DNA of 59,660 bases, the filler included. It is 5 parts of 5 records of this genome, joined end to end, with 100 filler letters (N's around TTAATTAATTAA, not from the genome) between each part and the next. Parts side by side here need not be neighbours in the genome. Positions count along the whole stretch, not along the records: positions 1 to 17,568 come from SRR31156797_11150; positions 17,669 to 38,391 come from SRR31156797_11173; 3 more parts are not named here. One strand, 5' to 3'. Position numbers and translations under genes: made by a program. Under the pieces are notes generated by a model, which worked only from the letters and a program-made list of their open reading frames with translations, searched no databases and was not told the DNA's origin. The first letter of the stretch is position 1. Every line of letters starts with the position of its first letter. Below are positions 9,447 to 18,770 of the stretch, piece after piece.

Positions 9447-10111
9447 CGGAAGGCGGAATCGCCATTCCGAAAGACGATATCAGCGCCCTGATCCTGGCCG
9501 CCGGCGACGGCGTGCGCCTTGGCGGCCCGAAGGCATTTATCGAATTCGAAGGCTGTACGTTGGTCGAGCGCGCGATTGGAGCGGCCGGGGATTTCGCCGC
9601 CGAGATCATCGTCGGGCTGCGCGGATCGGACATGGACCATGGCCTCTCGATCCTCGATGCGAATGCGCTGTCGGTTGTCGAAGGCGGAAAAACGCGTCAG
9701 GAAACGGTCGGAAACCTGTTGGCCGCGGCGACCAGGACCTTCGTTCTTGTCCATGAATCCGCCCGGCCTTTCGCCTCGCCCCGCCTTTTTCGCGAGGTGA
9801 TTTCGGCGGCGGCGGAATTCGGCGCCGCCGCATGCTGCCTGCCGGCCAGCGAACGCGACGCCGTCGCCCTGGCCGCCGACGGCATGATGATCGAACCGCT
9901 GTACCGGCACCGTCTGGTTCGCACCCAGCCGCCGACGGTCGTCAAGCGCGACATCCTGCTGGCAGCCTATGAACGGGCGGAAACCGAAGGATGGGTCGAG
10001 GAAAGCACCCACGCCCTGGTCTGCCGGGCCGGGTTTGCCGTACGCCTGATCGAAGGCGACCCGCAGAACCGGAAGATCACCTTCCCCGGTGATCTGGGCA
10101 GCCACGACTGA
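9443..10111 (+). CDS. IspD/TarI-family cytidylyltransferase (divergent)
   Basis: ILAAGDGVRLG..K, GGKTRQET, VLVHESARP, NRKITFPGDL; ATGA overlap with the upstream gene. Confidence 0.85.
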   Translation: MTEGGIAIPKDDISALILAAGDGVRLGGPKAFIEFEGCTLVERAIGAAGDFAAEIIVGLRGSDMDHGLSILDANALSVVEGGKTRQETVGNLLAAATRTFVLVHESARPFASPRLFREVISAAAEFGAAACCLPASERDAVALAADGMMIEPLYRHRLVRTQPPTVVKRDILLAAYERAETEGWVEESTHALVCRAGFAVRLIEGDPQNRKITFPGDLGSHD

Positions 10112-10236
10112 ACCGACGGCGGTTCGAAAGTTATCCCAAGAAAACGACCTGAAACACGATATTTTGTTGCTCTATCCAATTTACGAACAAGATATGGATG
10201 GTGTAGACTTTTTGGCGCCCTCCAGCAGGGGGCGCG

Positions 10237-13200
10237 ATGTGGGAGTGGGGTGCGCCTGTGGTTGATCGCCGCCAGGACAAACACAATCAGGATGGTCAGG
10301 TTGACGGGACCGGCCACGAGCCGGCGCCCGATGAGGTGTTCGAGCGCGCCTTCTCGCCGGCCGACAACACGCCAGCGCCGACAAAAACGCCGCCCGGAAA
10401 GGCCGAGGAAACCTTTACGCCGGACGAGTGGGCGCCGCCGTTTTACCTGCGCTATCGCCTTCCGGTCATCGGTGGCGTTGCGCTCAGTATCGCCTGGCTT
10501 GCGCTGTCCGCATTCGTCGTCAACGAACAACTGCCGTTGGGCGATCTGTTGGCCCTGCTTCCGCACGAATTGGGCGGACTGGCGGCCGGTGTGCTTACGC
10601 CGGTGGCGTTGCTTTGGATGGTGGTGGCATTTTATGAACGCGGCCGTCATCTTAAACAGGAAACCGAAGAACTGCGCTGGCACCTGCGGCAGTTGGCTTT
10701 TCCTTCGGACCGGGTCGAACGCCGGGTAACCGAGATCACCGAGCTTTTGCGCCGGCAGGCCAGAGACCTGACGCGGGCCTCGGAAGAAGCCGCGACCCGT
10801 GCCCAGTCGGTCAACGACATGGTGCGTCGGCGAACGGTCGAACTGGCCCAGGTGTCGGAGGATGCGGACTTAAGAGCCCAGGCGGTTTCCGAGGCGTTGC
10901 GCCGGCAGACCGAGGATTTGCAGCAGGTTTCGGAAAAGGCGGCCGATCGGGCCCGCGAAGTCGGCGATTCCCTTTTCCGTCAATCCCACGAACTGGCCGC
11001 TGCCTCGGAAAGGGCATCGGTTCAGGCCGACGGTCTCAGCGAAGCCCTCCGCCGGCGCGGTCTGGAACTGTCCGAGGCGTCCGAGAACACGGCCCAGAAG
11101 GCGCACGATTCGGCCCGCCTGTTCCAGGGAAGCGCCGCCGAAATGACCACCGCCGCTGCCGCCACCGCAGCCAAGGCGGAAGAGGCCGCGTCGGTATTGG
11201 ACGCGCGCTTGCAGACCCTGCTGAAGGCATCCGGTGACGCCGGCGAACAGCTTCGGGACGGCGCCGAATACCTGGCCGGACACTCGCGTATTCTGATGGA
11301 ACGCACCGAACAGGCGTCGGTGCAGACCGAACGCATGCGCGACACCCTGCGCCGGCAAACGGACGATCTTGAAGACACCGCCAAACGGGTCGCCGACCAG
11401 TCGGTCGAGATCGAGGAAACCCTGTCGCGGCAATCGAAGGCGCTGACGGAAACATCCGACTACGTAGCCGAACGCGCCAAGGCGATCGGCGAAGGACTCG
11501 GCGATCAGGCGCAGGAACTGATCGCGACGTCCGAACGGGTCGCCATGAATGTCCGCTCGACCGGCGAGGCGTTCCGTCTGCAGGCCCGCGACCTGGTCGA
11601 GGCATCCGACACGGCGTCGGCCCGGTCCGATACCGTCGGGCGGTCGCTTCGGCAGATTTCGAATGATCTGGCCGCTACCGCGAACACGGTTCTTGCCGAG
11701 GTCGAGAAGGTCGGTCAAAGCCTGCACAACCGCCAGGACGATCTCGGCGGTGCCGCCGAGGAAACCCTGTCCAGGATCGGCGAGATCGGCGAAGCATTGC
11801 GGTCGCGATCCGATGACCTTGAAAAACTGGCCGAGCAGAGCACGATTCGCATCAACGCCGTCGGCGAGGCCCTGCGCCGGCGCTCCATCGATCTTGCCGC
11901 CGCGTCCGACAAGGCCAGCACAAGCGTTCTGTCATTGGCCGAGGGTTTGGACAAGAGCACCCAGAACCTCGAAGGCGCCGCCGACAAGGGGGTGTCGGGG
12001 ATCACCTCGGTAACCGGATCGTTGCGCCAAAGCATGGGCGCGGTCGAGGCGTCGGCCGAAAGGTCCGGCATCCTGGTCGATGCCTTCCGCCGACGGCTGG
12101 ACGAAGTGACCGGCGCATCGGAAGCCACGATCGGACGAATGGTCGAACTGGGCGAGACCGTCGGCGATCGGACGCAGGAAGTGGCGGCGGCATCGGCGCG
12201 CGCCACCAACGAGATCGAACAGGTCGCCCGTGCCCTTGCCGATCAGGCCGACCGGCTGGCCAACGTCTCGGCCCGCTCGGCGAAACTGATGGCCGGTGCC
12301 GGCGAAATCCTCGGCCGCCATACCGGCGAGTTGGACGTTACGTCTGAGAAGGCCGAGCAACGCCTGCAGGGGGTAGGCGAGGAAATGCGGCGATGCCTGC
12401 GCGATCTGGTCGCGACATCGGACGATGCCGCCGCCCGTGTGCAGTTCGTTGCCGAATCCCTCGAAAAGCAGTCCGACGGGCTGTCCAGTGCATCCGACCG
12501 GGCGATCGACGATGTCGGCAAGGCCGGAGAGGCGCTTCGCGAGCGCTCCCGCGAGGTCGCCCTGGTTTCGGGCCGGGCGGCGAAGCTGGTGTCGTTGATT
12601 TCGGATGCGCTGCAAAGGCAGACCGAAGACCTGACCATTTCATCGGACCGGGCGGTCGACCGCATCCATCTTGTCGGCGAAGCGGTCGAACGCCGGACCC
12701 AGGACCTGACGCGGCAGGCCGACCAGTCGACGCGCAATCTCGAGGTGATCGGAGAGCAGATCCGCGATCATTCCCGCGATCTGACGCAGTCTTCCCAGGA
12801 CGCCGTTTCGCGCATACAGGATGTCGCCGAGGTCCTGCGTGACGGACACCGGGATGCGACCGCCGTCGTCGGCGACGCCGAAGAGCGTCTCAAGGCGGTC
12901 GGCGAAACGGTTCAGGACCAGGCTCGCGAAGCCAGCGCCGCTTCCGACCGAGCAGCGACCCGGCTTGAGGATATCGCCGGTGTTCTCGGCCGCCATACGG
13001 AATCGCTGGATGCCTCGCTCGAACGGGCGTCGTCGCGGCTGCATGACGTCGGCGGGATGATCCGCGAGCGCTCGGACGAGTTGACCACGGCCTACGAAGA
13101 AGCCTCTTCGCACGTGCGTAATTTCAGTGAGACCCTGCGCAACGAAACGGCCGGCATCAGCGATGCTTCCGGCGCCGCCGCCGAGAAGATGGGACAGGTC

Positions 13201-14421
13201 AGCGACGGCTTGCACGACCAATCGCACGAGGTGTCGCGCGCCGTCGACCGTGCCGTCAAATTGATCACCCTGGTCACCAATGCGCTGCGGCAGCATTCCA
13301 GCGACCTGGCCGAAACCTCCGAAAAGGCGGCCAATCAGGTCGAGAACGTCAGCAACGCGCTGCGTTTGCGTACGGCCGAGATGGACGGCGTTTCCGGCCG
13401 TACCGTCGACAACCTGGTGGCCGCCGGCGAGAAGCTGCGCGAACATCTGGCCCAGCTTGGCAAGGAATCGCGGTCGGCCAAGGAAAACCTGGACGACTCG
13501 GCGGAAGGTGTCAGCAAACATGCAGACGCCATTGCCGCCAAGGCCGAGGATGCGACGGCCCGCTTGAAATCCCTCGGGGAATCGATGACCAGCCGCGCCG
13601 AGGAAGCGGTCCGGGCGTCGGACGATATCACGGCGAGATTGACCAGCGTCGGCGATATGGTCAACCGGCAGGCAACCGATCTGGAAGGCAAGACAGAGGA
13701 CATCGCGGCGCGTTCCGAAGCGACCAGCGATTCCCTGGCACGCCGTGTCGCGTCTTTGACCACAACCTACGAAAAGGCCGAGCGCGGCATGCATGCGCTG
13801 GGCGAGGCACTGGGCCAGCGCGCCAAGGAAATTTCGACCATATCGGATCTGGCGTTGACCAAGGTCGCGTCCTGGGACAATGCGCTGAAGACCCGGTCGG
13901 ATGAACTCGGCCGAACCTCGACCCAGGTTGCCGAACAGGCCCGCGAATTGACCAAGGCGATCGACCGCCAGACGGCCGAACTGAAGGAAGCCTCGCGCGA
14001 GGCCGGTGACATTACGAATGCGCTTCGCGAACGTGCCGGCAAGGTGGCGGTCGACGATTTCCTGAAACGGGCAACCTTTATTTCGGAGCGCCTGCAATCC
14101 ATCGCCGTCGATATGAGCCGTCTGATGGAAACGACCGTTTCCGAAGAAGACTGGCGGCGCTTCACCAAGGGCGAGACCGGCGTCTTCGTCCGCAAGATGC
14201 TGGGCTTCCGGGAAAAAGCGAAACTGGCCGCGATTCGCGACAAGCACCGCGACGATGGCGAATTCCGCGACTATGTCGGCCGTTATCTGACGCAGTTCGA
14301 ATCGCTGTTGCAAGACGCCAAGAAATCGGACCAGAAGGGGGTTTTGAGCACCACCTTCCTGGCCTCCGACATGGGCAAGCTTTACATGCTGTTGGCCCGG
14401 GCGCTGGACCGCGATATCTGA
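10237..14421 (+). CDS. Large membrane-anchored coiled-coil protein, TipN/GPR(RgsE)-like polar scaffold (start may be GTG 10258)
   Basis: Two N-terminal TM helices, over 1000 aa of helical repeats, C-terminal FRDYVGRYLTQFESLL...SDMGKLYMLLARA as in TipN/GPR-type proteins. Confidence 0.7.
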   Translation: MWEWGAPVVDRRQDKHNQDGQVDGTGHEPAPDEVFERAFSPADNTPAPTKTPPGKAEETFTPDEWAPPFYLRYRLPVIGGVALSIAWLALSAFVVNEQLPLGDLLALLPHELGGLAAGVLTPVALLWMVVAFYERGRHLKQETEELRWHLRQLAFPSDRVERRVTEITELLRRQARDLTRASEEAATRAQSVNDMVRRRTVELAQVSEDADLRAQAVSEALRRQTEDLQQVSEKAADRAREVGDSLFRQSHELAAASERASVQADGLSEALRRRGLELSEASENTAQKAHDSARLFQGSAAEMTTAAAATAAKAEEAASVLDARLQTLLKASGDAGEQLRDGAEYLAGHSRILMERTEQASVQTERMRDTLRRQTDDLEDTAKRVADQSVEIEETLSRQSKALTETSDYVAERAKAIGEGLGDQAQELIATSERVAMNVRSTGEAFRLQARDLVEASDTASARSDTVGRSLRQISNDLAATANTVLAEVEKVGQSLHNRQDDLGGAAEETLSRIGEIGEALRSRSDDLEKLAEQSTIRINAVGEALRRRSIDLAAASDKASTSVLSLAEGLDKSTQNLEGAADKGVSGITSVTGSLRQSMGAVEASAERSGILVDAFRRRLDEVTGASEATIGRMVELGETVGDRTQEVAAASARATNEIEQVARALADQADRLANVSARSAKLMAGAGEILGRHTGELDVTSEKAEQRLQGVGEEMRRCLRDLVATSDDAAARVQFVAESLEKQSDGLSSASDRAIDDVGKAGEALRERSREVALVSGRAAKLVSLISDALQRQTEDLTISSDRAVDRIHLVGEAVERRTQDLTRQADQSTRNLEVIGEQIRDHSRDLTQSSQDAVSRIQDVAEVLRDGHRDATAVVGDAEERLKAVGETVQDQAREASAASDRAATRLEDIAGVLGRHTESLDASLERASSRLHDVGGMIRERSDELTTAYEEASSHVRNFSETLRNETAGISDASGAAAEKMGQVSDGLHDQSHEVSRAVDRAVKLITLVTNALRQHSSDLAETSEKAANQVENVSNALRLRTAEMDGVSGRTVDNLVAAGEKLREHLAQLGKESRSAKENLDDSAEGVSKHADAIAAKAEDATARLKSLGESMTSRAEEAVRASDDITARLTSVGDMVNRQATDLEGKTEDIAARSEATSDSLARRVASLTTTYEKAERGMHALGEALGQRAKEISTISDLALTKVASWDNALKTRSDELGRTSTQVAEQARELTKAIDRQTAELKEASREAGDITNALRERAGKVAVDDFLKRATFISERLQSIAVDMSRLMETTVSEEDWRRFTKGETGVFVRKMLGFREKAKLAAIRDKHRDDGEFRDYVGRYLTQFESLLQDAKKSDQKGVLSTTFLASDMGKLYMLLARALDRDI

Positions 14422-14429
14422 TCGGCCTT

Positions 14430-15275
14430 CTAGATCGGTCCGTCCGGATCGAATTCAGCGACCCGCGAAACGATGATATCGGCAATCGCCGGGTCGTTCC
14501 CGACCGGGCTGCAATACCATATCCGTCGTCCCGACACGTCGTAGGGGCCGGCGTCGCCGACGCCGAGCGACAGGGCTTTGAGCGCCGGATCGGCGGCATC
14601 CAGGCCGACCCGGCCCGGCAGGTCTTCGGACCCGTGATAGCCGCCGGCGATCAGGAAAGGCACGACGATGACGTTGTCGGCGCCGATCGCGTTTTGCCAA
14701 TCGTCGACATTCGGTTCCTGTTCGAGAAAGACCGGGGATACCGAAGCGGCAATGCCCGAATTTGCCAGGGATGCGGCGACCTGTTGCGTGCGTTTCGCCG
14801 AATTGGGATTGCGATGGGTGCCGTGGCCGACCAGCAATACATCGGTTTTGTCGGGTCCGATCCCATTGTTGTCCCGGATCGCCCGGACTTGCGCGCCGAT
14901 CAATCGCGGGATGTCGGGATGCGTGCCGACGGGTTCGCAATAGCAGAGCGTCTGTTCGCGCCCGTTGCTTGTCCGCTTCGTGACCGAACCCGTCAGACCA
15001 AGCGCCCGCCCGATAACCGAGTTGACGATATGGCCCTTGCTGGCAAACACCGGCACGATGAAAATCCGCCGCGCATCAAGGCTTTCGAGGGTTGCGGCGA
15101 TTTCCGGTTTCTGACGCAGGAAACCGGTCTCGACGGCGGCGAAAAGACCGCGGGCGCGCAGATCATCCGCGATTCGTATCAGGGGAATGGCGCCATCGGG
15201 GTTCGACGCCGATCCATGTCCGGCCAGAAGCAGGGCGGTCTCGTGTGTGTTGCTCTTCGATCGGCGCTCAGCCAT
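14430..15275 (-). CDS. cbiX: Sirohydrochlorin chelatase (CbiX/SirB, two-domain)
   Basis: Two repeats of LL.GHG...F(L)..EP...VP.F...GH; ATG 15275 overlaps the cobA stop. Confidence 0.85.
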   Translation of the reverse strand: MAERRSKSNTHETALLLAGHGSASNPDGAIPLIRIADDLRARGLFAAVETGFLRQKPEIAATLESLDARRIFIVPVFASKGHIVNSVIGRALGLTGSVTKRTSNGREQTLCYCEPVGTHPDIPRLIGAQVRAIRDNNGIGPDKTDVLLVGHGTHRNPNSAKRTQQVAASLANSGIAASVSPVFLEQEPNVDDWQNAIGADNVIVVPFLIAGGYHGSEDLPGRVGLDAADPALKALSLGVGDAGPYDVSGRRIWYCSPVGNDPAIADIIVSRVAEFDPDGPI

Positions 15276-16053
15276 GGGCCTCGCGATCGGTGGTTTCATC
15301 CGGGTGGAACCAGGAAAGGTCGTTGGCCAGTTCGGCGACGCGGCCAATGACCATCAGCGTCGGCGGCTGCAGGCCTTCCTTGCGGACGTGTTCGGGCAGT
15401 TCGGCCAGGGTCGTCAGGACCGTTTGCTGGGTCTGGGTGGTGCCGCTTTGAATGGCGGCGGCAGGCGTGTCTTCCGGCAAACCGGCTTCGATCAGTTTGT
15501 CGCGGATGGTGTCGATGTTGGCCAGGCCCATATAGACGACCAGCGTCGTGTCGGGGTCGGCCAGGCTTTTCCAGTTGAGCTCCAATTCCTTGTCGGACTG
15601 CCCCTGGCAATGGCCGGTGACGAAGCGCACGCCCAGGGACTTGCCCCGGTGGGTCAGCGGAATGCCGGCATAGGCCGTAACACTGGTGGCCGCCGTGATT
15701 CCGGGCACGATCTCAAAGGGAATATTGTTGGCGGCCAGATGAAGGGCTTCTTCGCCGCCGCGGGCAAACGTGAAGGGATCGCCGCCCTTGAGCCGCACCA
15801 CCGACCGGCCGGCTTTGGCCAACTTGACGAGAAGCGCGTTGATTTCTTCCTGCTTCATATGATGATTGTGCGCGGTCTTGCCGGCATAGACCCGCATCGC
15901 GCCCGGCGGCACCAGGTCCATGATCTCGTCCGAAATCAGCCGGTCGAAGACCACCACCTCGGCTTCGCCGATCAGGCGGGCCGCCTTGACGGTCATCAAC
16001 TCGGGGTCTCCCGGGCCGGCGCCGACGATAAATACGGGTTTCGGGTTGCTCAT
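15268..16053 (-). CDS. cobA: Uroporphyrinogen-III C-methyltransferase (SUMT)
   Basis: VGAGPGDPELMTVKA, VRLKGGDPF..ARGGEE, VPGITAA, GIPLTHRG motifs. Confidence 0.95.
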   Translation of the reverse strand: MSNPKPVFIVGAGPGDPELMTVKAARLIGEAEVVVFDRLISDEIMDLVPPGAMRVYAGKTAHNHHMKQEEINALLVKLAKAGRSVVRLKGGDPFTFARGGEEALHLAANNIPFEIVPGITAATSVTAYAGIPLTHRGKSLGVRFVTGHCQGQSDKELELNWKSLADPDTTLVVYMGLANIDTIRDKLIEAGLPEDTPAAAIQSGTTQTQQTVLTTLAELPEHVRKEGLQPPTLMVIGRVAELANDLSWFHPDETTDREAHG

Positions 16054-17459
16054 TTTTCTTTCCGCAAGCTATCTGTTTTTTGTTGGCACGCCCGGACGAA
16101 GGCGACGAAGCGCCGCGTCCACGGATTCCCAGCAGTGTCCCGCAGATGGGCGTAACTGGCCAGAAGGTTTTTATGGACCAGGCCGTCGTGGCGGCCGTTG
16201 ATGCCGTGTCCGCGCGCCATTCGATAGGCGAAAACCGGATCGCCGTCGAGGTTGCGAAGATCGGAATAGTGAAACTCGTGGCCCGGTATCGGCCGGCCGG
16301 CGGGTGTCGGCGCGCCGCCGTCCCGGGGCCAGGGGGCGGCTTCGGTTTCGATCAGGCCGACATACCCGTGACCACGCGGTTTTTTGTGCACCACCACGTC
16401 GGCCGGGATGACCCCGACCATGTTGCCCGTTTCGCCCTGCCATTCGATCGACCGGGCCAGATACATCAATCCGCCGCACTCGGCATAGGTCGGCAGGCCG
16501 CCCTCGATGGCATCGGCGATGTCTTGGCGCAGGCTTCGGTTCGCCTGCAAGGACGCGATATGGGTTTCCGGGAAACCGCCGCCGATGAACAGGCCGTCGA
16601 TGGCCGGCAGCGAGGGATCTTCCAGGCAATCGATAAAGACCAGCTCGGCGCCGGCCGCCCGAAGCGCTTCAAGATCGCCGGCATAATAAAAGCCGAAGGC
16701 CTTATCGCGGGCGACGCCGATGCGCACGTCCGGGGCCGGGAAGGCCGGTGCGGGTGCCGGCGGGAAGGCGGGCAGATCGGCCCGGCCGGCAAGATCGATC
16801 AGCCTGTCCAGGTCGATCTGACTTTCGATGGCGTCGGCGGCGGCGGCCAACTGTTCGTCGCCGATGCCCCATTCGGCGGTCGGCACCAGGCCCAGGTGGC
16901 GTTCGGTAATGGCCATGATGTCGCCGCGGCGGATGGCGCCCAGGACCGGAATTTGCGTGAAACGGCCGACGGCGGCGCGAAGCTTGGCTTCGTGCCGGTC
17001 GCCGGCGACATTGTTCAGCACGACGCCGCCGATACGCACACGTTCGTCGAATGCCGTATAGCCGATCAGCAACGGCGCGATGCCGCGGGCCATTCCGGCG
17101 CAATCGACGACCAGTACCACCGGTGCGCCCAACAGCTTGGCCATGGCCGCGTTGCTGTTCGACCCCTCGATATCGGTGCCGTCGTAAAGGCCGTTGTTGC
17201 CTTCGATGATCGCGATGTCGGCACGGGCCGCGTAACGGACGAAAAGACCGGCGATTTCTTCGTTCGGCATCGTATTGAAATCGATGTTGTGACAGTCGCG
17301 CCCCGAAGCGGCGGCCAGCCACATGGGATCGATGAAGTCGGGCCCTTTCTTGAACGGCTGAACCTTCAGCCCGCGGCGGCTCAGGGCCGCGCAGACAGCC
17401 AACGAAACGGTCGTCTTGCCGGATGACTTGTGGGCGGCCGAGATCAGGATTTGTGCCAT
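16050..17459 (-). CDS. cobB: Cobyrinate a,c-diamide synthase family (CobB/CbiA); probably DsrN-type siroheme amidase
   Basis: SSGKTT P-loop, FKKGPDFIDP, GGGFPE, YAECGGLMYL and GHEFHYS glutaminase domain; N-terminal ISAAHKSSGKTT is DsrN-like. Confidence 0.88.
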   Translation of the reverse strand: MAQILISAAHKSSGKTTVSLAVCAALSRRGLKVQPFKKGPDFIDPMWLAAASGRDCHNIDFNTMPNEEIAGLFVRYAARADIAIIEGNNGLYDGTDIEGSNSNAAMAKLLGAPVVLVVDCAGMARGIAPLLIGYTAFDERVRIGGVVLNNVAGDRHEAKLRAAVGRFTQIPVLGAIRRGDIMAITERHLGLVPTAEWGIGDEQLAAAADAIESQIDLDRLIDLAGRADLPAFPPAPAPAFPAPDVRIGVARDKAFGFYYAGDLEALRAAGAELVFIDCLEDPSLPAIDGLFIGGGFPETHIASLQANRSLRQDIADAIEGGLPTYAECGGLMYLARSIEWQGETGNMVGVIPADVVVHKKPRGHGYVGLIETEAAPWPRDGGAPTPAGRPIPGHEFHYSDLRNLDGDPVFAYRMARGHGINGRHDGLVHKNLLASYAHLRDTAGNPWTRRFVAFVRACQQKTDSLRKEK

Positions 17460-17496
17460 GCTTGGTCCCTACGCCGATGGCCTTTCCCAATTAGAT

Positions 17497-17568
17497 GTCA
17501 TTGCCCGATGAAACCCGGGCAATCCAGCCTCAGGCATCCTGGATGCCCCGGGCTGGCGCCGGGGCATG
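17497..17568. repeat. Alphaproteobacterial REP-like palindromic element at contig end
   Basis: GTCATTGCCCG..CGGGCAATCCA-spacer-TGGATGCCCCG..CGGGGCATG; nested inverted repeats cut off by the gap. Confidence 0.6.
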
Positions 17569-17668
17569 NNNNNNNNNNNNNNNNNNNNNNNNNNNNNNNN
17601 NNNNNNNNNNNNTTAATTAATTAANNNNNNNNNNNNNNNNNNNNNNNNNNNNNNNNNNNNNNNNNNNN
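17569..17668. other. Artificial contig spacer
   Basis: N44-TTAATTAATTAA-N44, stops in all six frames. Confidence 0.99.
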
Positions 17669-18749
17669 CGACGTCATGCCGTCGGACAGTCCCGGCTTGA
17701 TGTCGTTAGCGTTACGCAAGCCGCTGGGCGTCGTTGCCGGCATCTCGCCGTTCAATTTCCCGCTGATCCTGGGCACCAAGAAGCTGTGCATGGCGATTGC
17801 GGCGGGCAATACGTTCGTGCACAAGCCGTCCGAGGAAACGTCGTTGCTGGCATTGGCGGTGGCGGAAGTCTTCAACGACGCCGGTTTGCCGGAAGGCGTG
17901 CTTAACGTGGTGCCGGGCGACGGGCCGGAAATGGCCAAGGTCATTCTGGCCGATGAGCGTGTGAAACTGGTCACCTTCACCGGCTCGACCGCCGTCGGCC
18001 GCGTCCTGGCCGAACAGTGCGGCAAGGTCGGCAAGAAGCTGACCCTGGAAATGGGCGGCAAGAGCCCGCTGGTCGTGCTCAAGGACGCCGAGATCGATTA
18101 TGCCGTCGATACCGCCGCTTTCGGTACCTTCATCCATCAGGGCCAGATCTGCATGGCCGGCACCCGGATCATCGTCGAGGCGCCGGTCTATGACGCCTTC
18201 GTCGAGGCCTTCGCCAGGAAGGTGTCGGGCCTCAAGCACGGCGATCCGCGCGATCCGGCGACCATCATCGGGCCGCTGATCCGCGCCAGGCAGTGCCCGT
18301 TCATCAAGGGACATCTGGACGACGCAGTCGCCAAGGGGGCACGCATCGCCACCGGCGGCAATTATGAAGGCCAGGTCTTCGAACCGACGGTGCTGGCCGA
18401 CGTAACGCCGGAAATGTCGGCCTTCCGGACCGAACTGTTCGGCCCCGTCGCCGCCGTCATCCGTGCCGATGATGCCGATCACGCGTTGGCGCTTGCCAAC
18501 GACAGTTCCTACGGCCTGTCGTCGGCGGTGCTGACCAACGATCTGCAACTGGCCCTGAAGTTCGCCGACGAACTGGAGGCCGGCATGGTCCATATCAACG
18601 GCCCGACCGTGCACGACGAGCCGCACATTCCGTTCGGCGGCGTCAAGGATTCAGGATCGGGGCGCGAGGGCGGCCGCTGGTCGATGGAGGAGATGACCGA
18701 GACCAAGTGGGTCACCATCCAGCGCGATCACCGGCACTATCCGTTTTAA
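17669..18749 (+). CDS. Aldehyde dehydrogenase, 5'-truncated
   Basis: SPFNFP, FTGST, LEMGGK, GQICMA (catalytic Cys), ELFGP, PFGGVKDSG. Confidence 0.95.
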
Positions 18750-18770
18750 GCGGGCGCCGGAACGAGAACC

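Noticed and set aside
17497-17568. Alternative hairpins upstream of the cobB-like gene as a cobalamin riboswitch
   Set aside because: No B12-box consensus visible; the sequence fits a REP-like palindromic repeat and is cut by the gap.
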